A DNA stretch of 64,000 bases from positions 1,292 through 65,291 of the IMG/VR virus record IMGVR_UViG_3300025889_000109. One strand, 5' to 3'. Within the stretch, counting starts at the first letter, position 1, and each line of letters begins with the position of its first letter. A program made the position numbers and the translations under genes. Origin of the DNA: a virus. Lineage: Duplodnaviria > Caudoviricetes. Shown here in pieces: positions 43,000-52,157 of this stretch. A model generated the notes under the pieces. The model worked only from the letters and a program-made list of their open reading frames with translations, searched no databases and was not told the DNA's origin.

Positions 43000-44718
43000 A
43001 TGCAAATAAATAATACGGAGATCAATGGCTTTTTGATTGATACATTTAATCAATATGATCTGCAGGTGGGAAAAACGCAGGGGATTTGTCCCCTGTGCTC
43101 ATTTGATAGAAAACCTGAAAATCAAAAACAGAAGTGTGCTTCTTATGATTGGGAACGGGGTCTCGGTACTTGCCACAATTGTAACAGAATTTTTCAATTA
43201 CATACTTACCAAAGAAAAGGTAAAGCTGAAAAAGAATATGTTATACCTGAATTAAAACCCATTGAAATACCGGGTACAAAAATTCAAGAGTGGTTTAAAG
43301 CAAGAGGTATATCTCAGCAGACTCTTGGTGATTTAAAAATTACCGAGGGTCCTGAGTTTATGCCACAAACAGGCAAAACCGAAAATGCTATACACTTTAA
43401 TTATTTCATAGGCGATAACCTTATAAATGTAAAATATAGAGATGCTAGAAAAAACTTTAAATTATATAAAGGAGCAGAAAAAATATTTTATAATATTAAT
43501 AATATTATTGGTTATGAATATTGTATTATTGTGGAAGGCGAGATTGATGTTCTTAGTTTTTATGAAGCTGGTATACCTAATGCAGTTTCTGTGCCCAACG
43601 GGGCAACATTAAATTCAAACAATTTAGAATACCTTGATAATTGTATAGATTATTTTACAGATAAAGATAAAATAATATTAGCAGTTGATCAGGATGAGCC
43701 AGGTCAGGCTTTACAGCAAGAACTAATAAGAAGATTAGGTGCTGAGGTATGTTATATTGCGTCATTTGATGACTGCAAGGATGCAAATGAATATTTATTA
43801 AAATATGGAAAAGAAAAGCTGGTACAGTGTATTGCCAAAGCAAGACCAGTGCCACTCGAAAATGTTACCACATTCAAAGACATTGAAGCAGAAATTACAG
43901 ATTTTGTACGTAATGGGTTTAAAAAGGGGTATCAAGTGGGGTTACCTAACTTTGATGACATATTTTCAACTTATACCGGTCAATTTATTACTGTCACTGG
44001 TATTCCTTCTTCAGGTAAATCCGACTTTGTTGACCAAATGGTGGTTGGATACAATCAAAACTACGGTTGGAAAACGGCGTTTGCTTCGCCAGAGAATGCG
44101 CCAACATACTTGCATGCTCATAAACTCATGCGAAAAGTATGGCAAGGAATGCCAAGCTCAAATGAAATAGGTGGTGAGAAATGGGAAAAAGTTGCTAATC
44201 ATGTAAATGACAATTTCTTTTTTATAGATATGGAAAGATATACTCTTGAATCTGTATTAAAGAAAGGAGCTGAGCTTGTAAAAAGAAAAGGTATTAAATG
44301 CTTGATCATTGATCCATTTAATAAAATTCGAGATGTTGATGCTAAAACAGAAGACGTAAATAGATATACAATGGAATATTTAACAAAGATTGAGATCTTT
44401 GCTAAAAAGTTTGATGTATTAGTTATTGTTGTAGCACACCCAACTAAAATGTATAAAGATTCAAATGGAAAAATTGAAGAACCAACTATGTATAATATTA
44501 AAGGAGGTGGTGAGTGGTATGATGCTTCTTATCATGGCCTCCTTGTTCACAGGGATTACGATAATAAAACAGTTAAGGCAAAAGTTCTTAAAGTTAAGTT
44601 TCAAAATCTTGGAGAAAATGGGGCGGAAGCGCATTTCAAATGGGAACCAAAATCAGGGTGCTTTATCCCGCATGAACCATTAATGTTAGAAAACGAAAAA
44701 ATGCCTTGGGAAGTATAA
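43000..44718 (+). CDS. Primase-helicase (T7 gp4/Twinkle-like)
   Basis: CPLC/CHNC Zn finger, TOPRIM IVEGEIDV and D.D..G, KDANE, Walker A GIPSSGKS, IIDP, VAHP. Confidence 0.92.
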   Translation: MQINNTEINGFLIDTFNQYDLQVGKTQGICPLCSFDRKPENQKQKCASYDWERGLGTCHNCNRIFQLHTYQRKGKAEKEYVIPELKPIEIPGTKIQEWFKARGISQQTLGDLKITEGPEFMPQTGKTENAIHFNYFIGDNLINVKYRDARKNFKLYKGAEKIFYNINNIIGYEYCIIVEGEIDVLSFYEAGIPNAVSVPNGATLNSNNLEYLDNCIDYFTDKDKIILAVDQDEPGQALQQELIRRLGAEVCYIASFDDCKDANEYLLKYGKEKLVQCIAKARPVPLENVTTFKDIEAEITDFVRNGFKKGYQVGLPNFDDIFSTYTGQFITVTGIPSSGKSDFVDQMVVGYNQNYGWKTAFASPENAPTYLHAHKLMRKVWQGMPSSNEIGGEKWEKVANHVNDNFFFIDMERYTLESVLKKGAELVKRKGIKCLIIDPFNKIRDVDAKTEDVNRYTMEYLTKIEIFAKKFDVLVIVVAHPTKMYKDSNGKIEEPTMYNIKGGGEWYDASYHGLLVHRDYDNKTVKAKVLKVKFQNLGENGAEAHFKWEPKSGCFIPHEPLMLENEKMPWEV

Positions 44719-44719
44719 T

Positions 44720-44980
44720 ATGGCAAAGAAAAAACAAGAACCTATGCCAGAATATGCTCCTTCAGAAGAGGAGCAAAAATGGTATACTTATTGTATAGAA
44801 AATGGTATTATTATATCGCCAATGGGTATTAAAGATAACTTTAATGAATGGAAAATTGGTGTTGCTTTTAAAGGCAGCCATAAAAAAGTTAGTCTATCAC
44901 CGAGTATATATAATAGAGATATTATATGGAGTCAATTTTATTTAATGTGCAAATATTATTATGATAAATATAGAAGATGA
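44720..44980 (+). CDS. Hypothetical protein
   Basis: 86-aa ORF in the operon. Confidence 0.55.
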   Translation: MAKKKQEPMPEYAPSEEEQKWYTYCIENGIIISPMGIKDNFNEWKIGVAFKGSHKKVSLSPSIYNRDIIWSQFYLMCKYYYDKYRR

Positions 44981-45791
44981 ATATAGAGGATTATTATCAG
45001 GAATACTCCATGGAGGGGTACCGAAGCAGGACAGAACAGGGACTGGGACGAAGGCTGTCTTTGGAAGAATGCTTAGACATGATATGGCACTCGGATTTCC
45101 AATATTAACTACTAAAAAAATATATTTTGAAAAAGCAGTTACCGAATTACTTTGGATATTATCAGGTTTTACTGACCTTAAGTATCTTAATGATAACGGT
45201 GTTGAGTATTGGAATAGTGATTACAAAAGGTCTGGAAGGACCGACGGAACTCTGGGCCCTGTTTATGGGCATCAGTGGCGTAACTTTGGCGGTGTTGATC
45301 AATTACGAAACTTATTATCTGAGATCAAAACAACGCCTTATTCCAGAAGACTCATGGTTAATGCTTGGAACCCTATTGATATCCCTGATATGGTTCTTCC
45401 TCCATGCCATTACGGTTTCCAAATATATATTAATGATAACAAGATGAGTCTAATGTGGCAGCAACGATCTGCTGATGTATTTTTAGGATTGCCATATGAT
45501 ATTGTAATGTACGGTTTATTATTAGAAATGTTATGTCATGAAACACAATATAAACCCGGACAATTAATAGCAAGTCTTGGTGATTGTCATTTATATAATA
45601 ATCATTTAGAACAAGCTAAATTACAATTATCAAGAGAACCAAAAAAATTACCTACATTAGAATTAAAATTTGGATTAAAAATTGTAGAAGGTGCAAATAA
45701 CTTTATTCATGTACCATCTAAAAATATGATTAAATTAAATAACTATGAGCACCACGAAGCAATCAGAGCAGAACTCTCAGTCGGACAATGA
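44961..45791 (+). CDS. thyA: Thymidylate synthase-family protein (Asp at the Asn177 position)
   Basis: DRTGTGT, LGPVYG.QWR, LPPCH, QRSADVFLGLPYD, GDCHLY.NH. Confidence 0.9.
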   Translation: MINIEDEYRGLLSGILHGGVPKQDRTGTGTKAVFGRMLRHDMALGFPILTTKKIYFEKAVTELLWILSGFTDLKYLNDNGVEYWNSDYKRSGRTDGTLGPVYGHQWRNFGGVDQLRNLLSEIKTTPYSRRLMVNAWNPIDIPDMVLPPCHYGFQIYINDNKMSLMWQQRSADVFLGLPYDIVMYGLLLEMLCHETQYKPGQLIASLGDCHLYNNHLEQAKLQLSREPKKLPTLELKFGLKIVEGANNFIHVPSKNMIKLNNYEHHEAIRAELSVGQ

Positions 45792-45876
45792 GTTTTGGTT
45801 TCAAAAAAATAATTATATGTATCAATACCTATCAGAAGAAAGTAAAAAAATTGTAGAAAAAATAAATAAAAAGTAT

Positions 45877-46299
45877 ATGAAAAATTTAATATTTAGTTTT
45901 ATTTTATTACCTTTAATAAGTTATTCACAAACATATTATACAAGTGGATTAAGATTTCATAATGAAGTAAGATCATTTTATGATTTACCAGCATTAAGAT
46001 ATAACAATGAATTATCATTAGAAGCACAAATGTGGGCAGAGCATATGGCAGCAACAGATTCTTTTACAACAAGTAAAGATGGCTATGGCGAAAATATATT
46101 TTGGATTGACAGAAATTATGCTCGTCTACATAATAAGAATATATTATTAGAAGCTTCTATAAATTGGATATTAAATTCAGATGATTATTCAACTTATAAT
46201 CAAGCTTTATATGAAGGCGCAAGTAATATTGGATTTGGAATGGCTGAAAATGAAAATACAATATATGTTGTAGCTAAGTACGACAAGCTATATGAATAA
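45877..46299 (+). CDS. Secreted CAP/SCP-domain protein
   Basis: Signal peptide MKNLIFSF; HN..R.....L.Y...L...AQ.WA..MA, YGENI, IGFG...YVVA.Y. Confidence 0.7.
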   Translation: MKNLIFSFILLPLISYSQTYYTSGLRFHNEVRSFYDLPALRYNNELSLEAQMWAEHMAATDSFTTSKDGYGENIFWIDRNYARLHNKNILLEASINWILNSDDYSTYNQALYEGASNIGFGMAENENTIYVVAKYDKLYE

Positions 46300-47056
46300 T
46301 ATGTTTTATATTTATCATATTCCTGGTAAAAAAATAGGTGTAACGCGTGATCTAAATAATAGAGTTACGTTAGTACAGGGCTATAAGCCTGATGAATATG
46401 AGGTTCTTGATTCTTCTGATGATATTGAATATATATCTATGAAGGAAATAGAACTTCAAAAGTCTTATGGATATAAAGTTGATAGAAAATTATATAAAAA
46501 TTTATTTAAATCTAAAATGGAAGTAAACGTAACTGAACAAACAACAACTTTCCCTTGTCCTGAAAGTGAATTACCAATTATGCTTGGTAAAAATAAAGGA
46601 TTAAAATGGGAAACATCACTTGGTGAATTTGAAATTACGCCTGAATCAACATTATGGATAGTCAGAAATGCTAAAACATCAATGTATAATAAAGAACGTT
46701 CCTACATTTATAATAAAGCTTTTTATGAAGCTTTTTTGGCAGAAACGACTTATGGCAAAGAAAACATATTTGGACTCATTAGAAGCTGGGCAGAAGAGCG
46801 TGGTATATATGATAAAGGAGATGTTAAAACTCAATTAATTAAATTATATGAAGAATCAGGAGAATTATCCCAAGGCGTACTTAAAAATAATAAATCGGAT
46901 ATTATTGACGCTATTGGTGATTGTGTTGTTGTTCTCACTAATCTCGCCCACCTTGCAGGTACCGACATTGAAAGCTGTATTCAGTCTGCTTATGATGAAA
47001 TATCTAATAGAACTGGCAAAATGGTAAATGGTACATTTGTAAAAACTACATTATAA
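46292..47056 (+). CDS. Fusion of a GIY-YIG-like N-terminus and a MazG-like NTP pyrophosphohydrolase
   Basis: YIYHI...KIGVT..L..R; WA..RG....Q..KL.EE.GEL...DAIGD..VVL. Confidence 0.7.
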   Translation: MNNMFYIYHIPGKKIGVTRDLNNRVTLVQGYKPDEYEVLDSSDDIEYISMKEIELQKSYGYKVDRKLYKNLFKSKMEVNVTEQTTTFPCPESELPIMLGKNKGLKWETSLGEFEITPESTLWIVRNAKTSMYNKERSYIYNKAFYEAFLAETTYGKENIFGLIRSWAEERGIYDKGDVKTQLIKLYEESGELSQGVLKNNKSDIIDAIGDCVVVLTNLAHLAGTDIESCIQSAYDEISNRTGKMVNGTFVKTTL

Positions 47057-47283
47057 TGCGAGATAAAATAATAGAACAAGTAATAAATAAAATTAAATCA
47101 AGATCTGACGTTGGCTATAAAAAGTATGGTATTACTTTAGCTGATGACAATCAACCGCTTGATGCATGGCTACAACATTTACAAGAAGAATTAATGGATG
47201 CTGTTAATTATCTTGAAAAAGCAAGATCTGTATTAAGAGAAGAAATAGAAGAGTGTTATATTAATGATGCAAAGGAGAACTAA
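47056..47283 (+). CDS. Small all-alpha pyrophosphatase-like protein
   Basis: G.KKYG.TL...WL.HLQEELMDA..Y. Confidence 0.55.
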   Translation: MRDKIIEQVINKIKSRSDVGYKKYGITLADDNQPLDAWLQHLQEELMDAVNYLEKARSVLREEIEECYINDAKEN

Positions 47284-47713
47284 AAAAAGAGGGCCCGTTG
47301 TAGCTAAAAAGATTAGTTATGACGGGCATAATTTTGCATCTGGTTTAGAAAGATATATGTATACTGCTTTAAAAAAGCATAAGATTAGAGCAAAATATGA
47401 AAGTGAAACATTTGTTTTAGTAAATGGATTTCATTTTGAAAATGAATGTTATGAAAGACAATCAAATGGTAAAGGAGAACTTGTAAATAGAGGTAGTAAA
47501 AGAATACTACCAATTAAATATACTCCAGACTTTATTGGCGATGATTTTATAATTGAAACTAAAGGTAGAGCGAATGAATCATTCCCAATCAGATGGAAAT
47601 TATTTAAAAAATTAGTTACAGAACAGTTTCCAGAATATACATTATATAAACCACAAAATCAAAAAGAATGCGACAGGGTAATAGAATTAATAAAGAACAA
47701 GAGAAACATATAG
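47264..47713 (+). CDS. Endonuclease I-like Holliday junction resolvase
   Basis: FASGLE, YE, YTPDF...IIETKG. Confidence 0.8.
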   Translation: MMQRRTKKRGPVVAKKISYDGHNFASGLERYMYTALKKHKIRAKYESETFVLVNGFHFENECYERQSNGKGELVNRGSKRILPIKYTPDFIGDDFIIETKGRANESFPIRWKLFKKLVTEQFPEYTLYKPQNQKECDRVIELIKNKRNI

Positions 47714-47833
47714 CGCGTGTAAGATATGCCCAAAGACAAATTGATAAATGGATAAAGTGGTCTATACAAAATAGAGGGTATATTAAATATAAAGAAATAG
47801 TTGAGATACACGACAAATATGAAATAAAATGTT

Positions 47834-47974
47834 ATGGCTAAAGCAAAAATGAACTTTGTGGTTTTTAAGAAAAAACCTAAAGTTAAAAGACCGGGTGTTC
47901 ATGCAAAAACAAAAACATCTAAATTAAAGAGTAGTAAAAATTATGTTAAACTTTATAGAGGACAAGGTAAATGA
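47834..47974 (+). CDS. Small basic peptide (46 aa)
   Basis: ...KRPGVHAK.K.S..K.SKNY.K.YRGQG. Confidence 0.55.
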   Translation: MAKAKMNFVVFKKKPKVKRPGVHAKTKTSKLKSSKNYVKLYRGQGK

Positions 47975-48109
47975 GAAACTGGGAACTTAGTATTGGGTTT
48001 TATTCTGGTATACTTTTTGGTATAAGAACTTACGAAGAAAAAGATTATGTGCAACATGTATTGTACTTACCATTTATTGATATATGTTTAGAAATAGATA
48101 AAGAATAAT

Positions 48110-49078
48110 ATGGGATTATTTGACGAAAGAATACCGTACAAACCATTTGAATATCCAGAGTACTACACTGAAGGATGGCTTAAACAAGCCCAAGCATTCT
48201 GGTTACATACCGAAATACCAATGTCGGGCGATGTTAAGGACTGGAACGAAAGACTTACAAAGTCAGAAAAAAACTTGGTTGGAAATATTTTATTGGGCTT
48301 TGCGCAAACAGAGTGTGCGGTATCTGATTATTGGACACAAAAAGTTGTATCATGGTTTCCAAAACATGAGATACAACAAATGGCAATGATGTTTGGATCG
48401 CAAGAAACAATTCATGCCGTAGCATATAGTTATTTAAACGAAACATTAGGACTTGAAAATTTTGAAGCATTTTTACATGAACCTGCGACAGCAGCGAGAT
48501 TTGATAATCTTGTGTCTTATAGCGGTAACGATCCTGTTGGTATTGGACGTTCACTTGCAATTTTCTCAGCATTTGCCGAAGGGGTTAGCCTTTACTCTGC
48601 GTTTGCTGTATTGTACAGTTTTCAATTGCGAAATCTTTTAAAAGGTATTGGACAACAAATGAAATGGAGCGTAAGAGATGAATCTTTACATTCTAAAATG
48701 GGTTGTCAATTATTTAGGCATATGTGTGAAGAAATACCAACATTATTAGAAGATTGCAGGGAAGATGTTATTAAAGCAGCAGAAACAATGCTCGAAGCAG
48801 AAGAGCGATACATTGACAAAATGTTCGAACAAGGAGATATTGAAAATCTTAAAGCCAACGATCTCAAACAGTTTATTAGAAAAAGACTTAATGAAAAATT
48901 ACAAGAACTTGGTTACCTCGACCTCGGGCAATACTTTGCGTTTAACCAAAAAGGAGCAACAAATCTTGATTGGTTCTATCATCTTACCGGGGGGCATACT
49001 CATACTGATTTCTTTGCTATTCGTCCGACTGATTATTCCAAAGCAAATGAAGGAGAAGATTTTGAAGATATTTGGTAG
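48110..49078 (+). CDS. nrdB: Ribonucleotide reductase class I beta subunit
   Basis: FW...E, E.IH..AYS, EG..LYS.F, RDESLH, DFF. Confidence 0.92.
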   Translation: MGLFDERIPYKPFEYPEYYTEGWLKQAQAFWLHTEIPMSGDVKDWNERLTKSEKNLVGNILLGFAQTECAVSDYWTQKVVSWFPKHEIQQMAMMFGSQETIHAVAYSYLNETLGLENFEAFLHEPATAARFDNLVSYSGNDPVGIGRSLAIFSAFAEGVSLYSAFAVLYSFQLRNLLKGIGQQMKWSVRDESLHSKMGCQLFRHMCEEIPTLLEDCREDVIKAAETMLEAEERYIDKMFEQGDIENLKANDLKQFIRKRLNEKLQELGYLDLGQYFAFNQKGATNLDWFYHLTGGHTHTDFFAIRPTDYSKANEGEDFEDIW

Positions 49079-49238
49079 TATAATATTATTAATATTTTTA
49101 AATTGTACAAAAGAAAAACATTGTACAGTATCTAAAATATATACTGGCAGCGAAAATGTAAAAGAAATATCTGTTAGTGAAGGCGTAACAGTACTCAGTA
49201 TTGAAAAAGAATATATAGTTGCATTAGAATGTTATTAA
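49047..49238 (+). CDS. Small putative lipoprotein
   Basis: MKEKILKIFGSIILLIFLNC, lipobox-like. Confidence 0.4.
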   Translation: MKEKILKIFGSIILLIFLNCTKEKHCTVSKIYTGSENVKEISVSEGVTVLSIEKEYIVALECY

Positions 49239-49589
49239 ATGAGAAAATGTAATAAATGTCATAAAGAAAAAGAAACATCTAAGTTTAGATATGGTAAGCG
49301 TACTTGTAAAAAATGTGAATATCGATTTAAACAAAGATTTTTAAGAGCATTAATACATGACCGCAGATTATCCGCTGTTGAAAGACTTGCGAATAGACTT
49401 GGTTATATGGGTACTGCATTCATAATGATGTCGCCATATTTATTAACGCATAGTTATATTGGCAGTATTACTTATATTATTGGCGGAATACTATCAATTC
49501 CGCAAGTATGGGTTGCTAAACAATGGAATTTAGTTTTAGTAAATTTAAATGTTACAATTGGGTATTTAATTTATTTATATAATGTATAA
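49239..49589 (+). CDS. Zn-ribbon plus membrane protein
   Basis: CNKC..CKKC followed by three hydrophobic segments. Confidence 0.55.
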   Translation: MRKCNKCHKEKETSKFRYGKRTCKKCEYRFKQRFLRALIHDRRLSAVERLANRLGYMGTAFIMMSPYLLTHSYIGSITYIIGGILSIPQVWVAKQWNLVLVNLNVTIGYLIYLYNV

Positions 49590-49795
49590 TGAAAGAAAAC
49601 AAATTAATAGAGATGTGGAACAGAATAGAAGTGCTTGGTTCCATAGTACAACAAATGAATCAAGAATTAGCGAACCTCAGAGATTTATCTATTGGGACGA
49701 TGAGCCTTGTTAAAAAGTTTGATGGGTACGATAAAGCAATTGAAGCTTTAACTGAAGATCTTAAAAAAGAAAAAGAAGAAACTAATGTGGAATAA
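49589..49795 (+). CDS. Hypothetical coiled-coil protein
   Basis: 68-aa coupled ORF. Confidence 0.55.
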   Translation: MKENKLIEMWNRIEVLGSIVQQMNQELANLRDLSIGTMSLVKKFDGYDKAIEALTEDLKKEKEETNVE

Positions 49796-51527
49796 TAATT
49801 GGGTAAAAGGTGAAGACTACCCAGTTTGGGGTGATACCGAGGTATATAAGAAAACTATAACTGGTGGCTATTTATTATCATATGAATCGCCTAGAGATGC
49901 TTATATGCGTGTTGCAAGTGCTGTAGCAAAGCGTTTATACAAGCCAGAATTAACCGAAAAGTTTTTTGACTATATATGGAAAGGCTGGCTATGCTTAGCT
50001 TCACCAGTACTTTCTAATACAGGTACAGACAGAGGTTTACCTATATCATGCTTTGGTATTGATGTTGCTGATAGTATTCAAGATATTGGACAAAAGAATT
50101 TAGAAATGATGCTCCTTGCCAAGCATGGCGGCGGTGTTGGTATAGGAGTTAATATGATAAGACCCGCTGGTTCTAAAATTACAGGTAATGGAACATCTGA
50201 TGGAGTGGTGCCGTTTTGCAAGATATACGATTCAACTATACTTGCCACTAATCAAGGATCTGTCCGGCGAGGAGCTGCGTCAGTTAACATCAATATTGAT
50301 CACCCCGACTTTGAAGAGTGGTTGGAGATTAGAGAACCAAAAGGGGACGTCAATAGACAATCCCTTAACTTACACCAGTGCGCTGTGGTCGGTGACAAGT
50401 TTATGCGAAGACTTGAGAATGGCGATCAAGAAGCTCGACGCAAATGGTCCAAGCTACTCCAAAAGCGTAAGGCAACTGGAGAACCTTATATCCTCTTTAA
50501 AGGAAATACAAACAAGGCAAATCCAAATGCGTATAAATCAAATGGGCTCAAAGTCCATATGACAAATATATGTAGTGAAATAACATTACATACAGATGAA
50601 TCGCATAGCTTTGTTTGTTGTTTATCTTCTTTAAACCTTGCTAAATATGATGAATGGAAAAATACTAATTTAGTATATGATTCTATATGGTTTTTAGATG
50701 GAGTATTAGAAGAGTTTATACAGAAAGCAAAAAATATGCGAGGTTTTGAAAACTCTGTAAGATCAGCCGAAAAAGGTAGAGCATTAGGATTAGGAGTTTT
50801 AGGATGGCATACTTTATTACAGCAGAATGGTATTGCATTTGAAGGATTATTAGCGCAGTTTAAAACACGTGAAATTTTTAGTAAAATTAAAATTGAATCT
50901 GAAAGAGCTTCGAGAAAGCTTGCAGAAGTATATGGGGAGCCGCTCTGGTGTGTTAATACTGGTATGCGGAACACTCATCTTCGGGCTTTGGCCCCTACAG
51001 TCTCTAATAGCAAGCTTAGTGGTAACGTATCTCCTGGAATTGAGCCTTGGGCTGCTAACGTATTTACTGAGCAAAGTGCTAAAGGAACATTTATAAGAAA
51101 AAATAATGAGCTTAGAAAAGTATTTAGAAAAATTAATATTGATACCAAAGAAACTTGGGATCAAATTTTGCGCGATGGCGGATCCGTTCAAGGAATTAAA
51201 GAACTCGATGGATGGTTTTACGACCACCTTGGACGATTAAATGAAGAGGAAGGCGAACCTGTAAAGAATGTATTTAAAACATTTAAAGAAATAAATCAAT
51301 TAGAATTGGTTAATCAAGCAGGCATTAGACAAGATTATATAGATCAAGCTGTAAGTTTAAACCTTGCTTTCCCATCTGTTGCTGAGCCTAAATGGATTAA
51401 TAAAGTTCATTTAGAAGCATGGAAACGTGGTATTAAAACTTTATATTATATGAGAACAGAATCTGTTCTTCGTGGTGATATTGCCGCTAAAGCAATGGAT
51501 CCAGAATGTTTATCATGTGATGGATAA
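49785..51527 (+). CDS. nrdA: Ribonucleotide reductase class I alpha subunit (no ATP cone)
   Basis: ISCF, GGGVG, QG..RRGA, NICSEI, APT.S, KTLYY, C-terminal CLSCDG. Confidence 0.93.
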   Translation: MWNNNWVKGEDYPVWGDTEVYKKTITGGYLLSYESPRDAYMRVASAVAKRLYKPELTEKFFDYIWKGWLCLASPVLSNTGTDRGLPISCFGIDVADSIQDIGQKNLEMMLLAKHGGGVGIGVNMIRPAGSKITGNGTSDGVVPFCKIYDSTILATNQGSVRRGAASVNINIDHPDFEEWLEIREPKGDVNRQSLNLHQCAVVGDKFMRRLENGDQEARRKWSKLLQKRKATGEPYILFKGNTNKANPNAYKSNGLKVHMTNICSEITLHTDESHSFVCCLSSLNLAKYDEWKNTNLVYDSIWFLDGVLEEFIQKAKNMRGFENSVRSAEKGRALGLGVLGWHTLLQQNGIAFEGLLAQFKTREIFSKIKIESERASRKLAEVYGEPLWCVNTGMRNTHLRALAPTVSNSKLSGNVSPGIEPWAANVFTEQSAKGTFIRKNNELRKVFRKINIDTKETWDQILRDGGSVQGIKELDGWFYDHLGRLNEEEGEPVKNVFKTFKEINQLELVNQAGIRQDYIDQAVSLNLAFPSVAEPKWINKVHLEAWKRGIKTLYYMRTESVLRGDIAAKAMDPECLSCDG

Positions 51528-51533
51528 AAAATT

Positions 51534-51558
51534 AAGGGGCTTTGCGGCCCCTTTTTTT
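51534..51558 (+). terminator. Rho-independent terminator between convergent arms
   Basis: AAGGGGC-TTTGCG-GCCCC-TTTTTTT with an A-tract upstream (possibly bidirectional). Confidence 0.85.
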
Positions 51559-51904
51559 AATCTATACACTTTTCTAATTCTTTTACCTTTAGTTTAAGAT
51601 CATCAATATCATTATCATATTTTTCAGAACTTTTTTCAAGGTATATTAATCGCATATTTTGTTCTGCATCATCAGGTAATGCTCCTAACTCGCCTCTAGG
51701 CCATTTAACTCGGAATTCACTATTCATTTGTAATTCCGATTCCATACGCATTACGGTAACATGCATAGCCTGTATTTCTGCCATCAATGTAAAATAAACT
51801 CCAGCTATAGAAAATAACCCCATAGCTATAGCTACAAGGGTTTTAATATCTACTTTAAAATCTGGTTTTCCATCTCCATCAACGTCAACCCCCGCTTGTG
51901 TCAT
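51557..51904 (-). CDS. Membrane-anchored coiled-coil protein
   Basis: DVDGDGKPD, one TM helix, coiled coil. Confidence 0.55.
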   Translation of the reverse strand: MTQAGVDVDGDGKPDFKVDIKTLVAIAMGLFSIAGVYFTLMAEIQAMHVTVMRMESELQMNSEFRVKWPRGELGALPDDAEQNMRLIYLEKSSEKYDNDIDDLKLKVKELEKCID

Positions 51905-51906
51905 AT

Positions 51907-52053
51907 TTATTTTTTTAATCGTTTATAAATTCCGATTAAAGTATATACAATTGATAATAATAATACTATTAATTTTAAAGCTGGTTCTATTTCTGAAACT
52001 GAACTGAGTAATAATGCACCTGTACTAACACTTAAAATTTTTATGTCGCTCAT
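51907..52053 (-). CDS. Small membrane protein (48 aa, holin-like)
   Basis: MSDIKILSVSTGALLL...LKLIVLLLSIVYTLIGIYKRLKK. Confidence 0.5.
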   Translation of the reverse strand: MSDIKILSVSTGALLLSSVSEIEPALKLIVLLLSIVYTLIGIYKRLKK

Positions 52054-52157
52054 TTCTTCTTAGTTTTAGAAGTTACAGGTACACAATTAGGTACTTTCTT
52101 ACCATTTTTATTTTTAGTACCAATCATTTGGTATCCTGTCCAGCATGCTTTTTTCAT
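52050..52157 (-). CDS. 35-aa peptide with CW.GY...G.K...GK.VPNCVP motif
   Basis: ATGA overlaps with both neighbours. Confidence 0.6.
   Translation of the reverse strand: MKKACWTGYQMIGTKNKNGKKVPNCVPVTSKTKKK

Noticed and set aside
49079-49784. Intron or split gene between the RNR subunits
   Set aside because: nrdB and nrdA each look complete; the gap holds three small coupled ORFs
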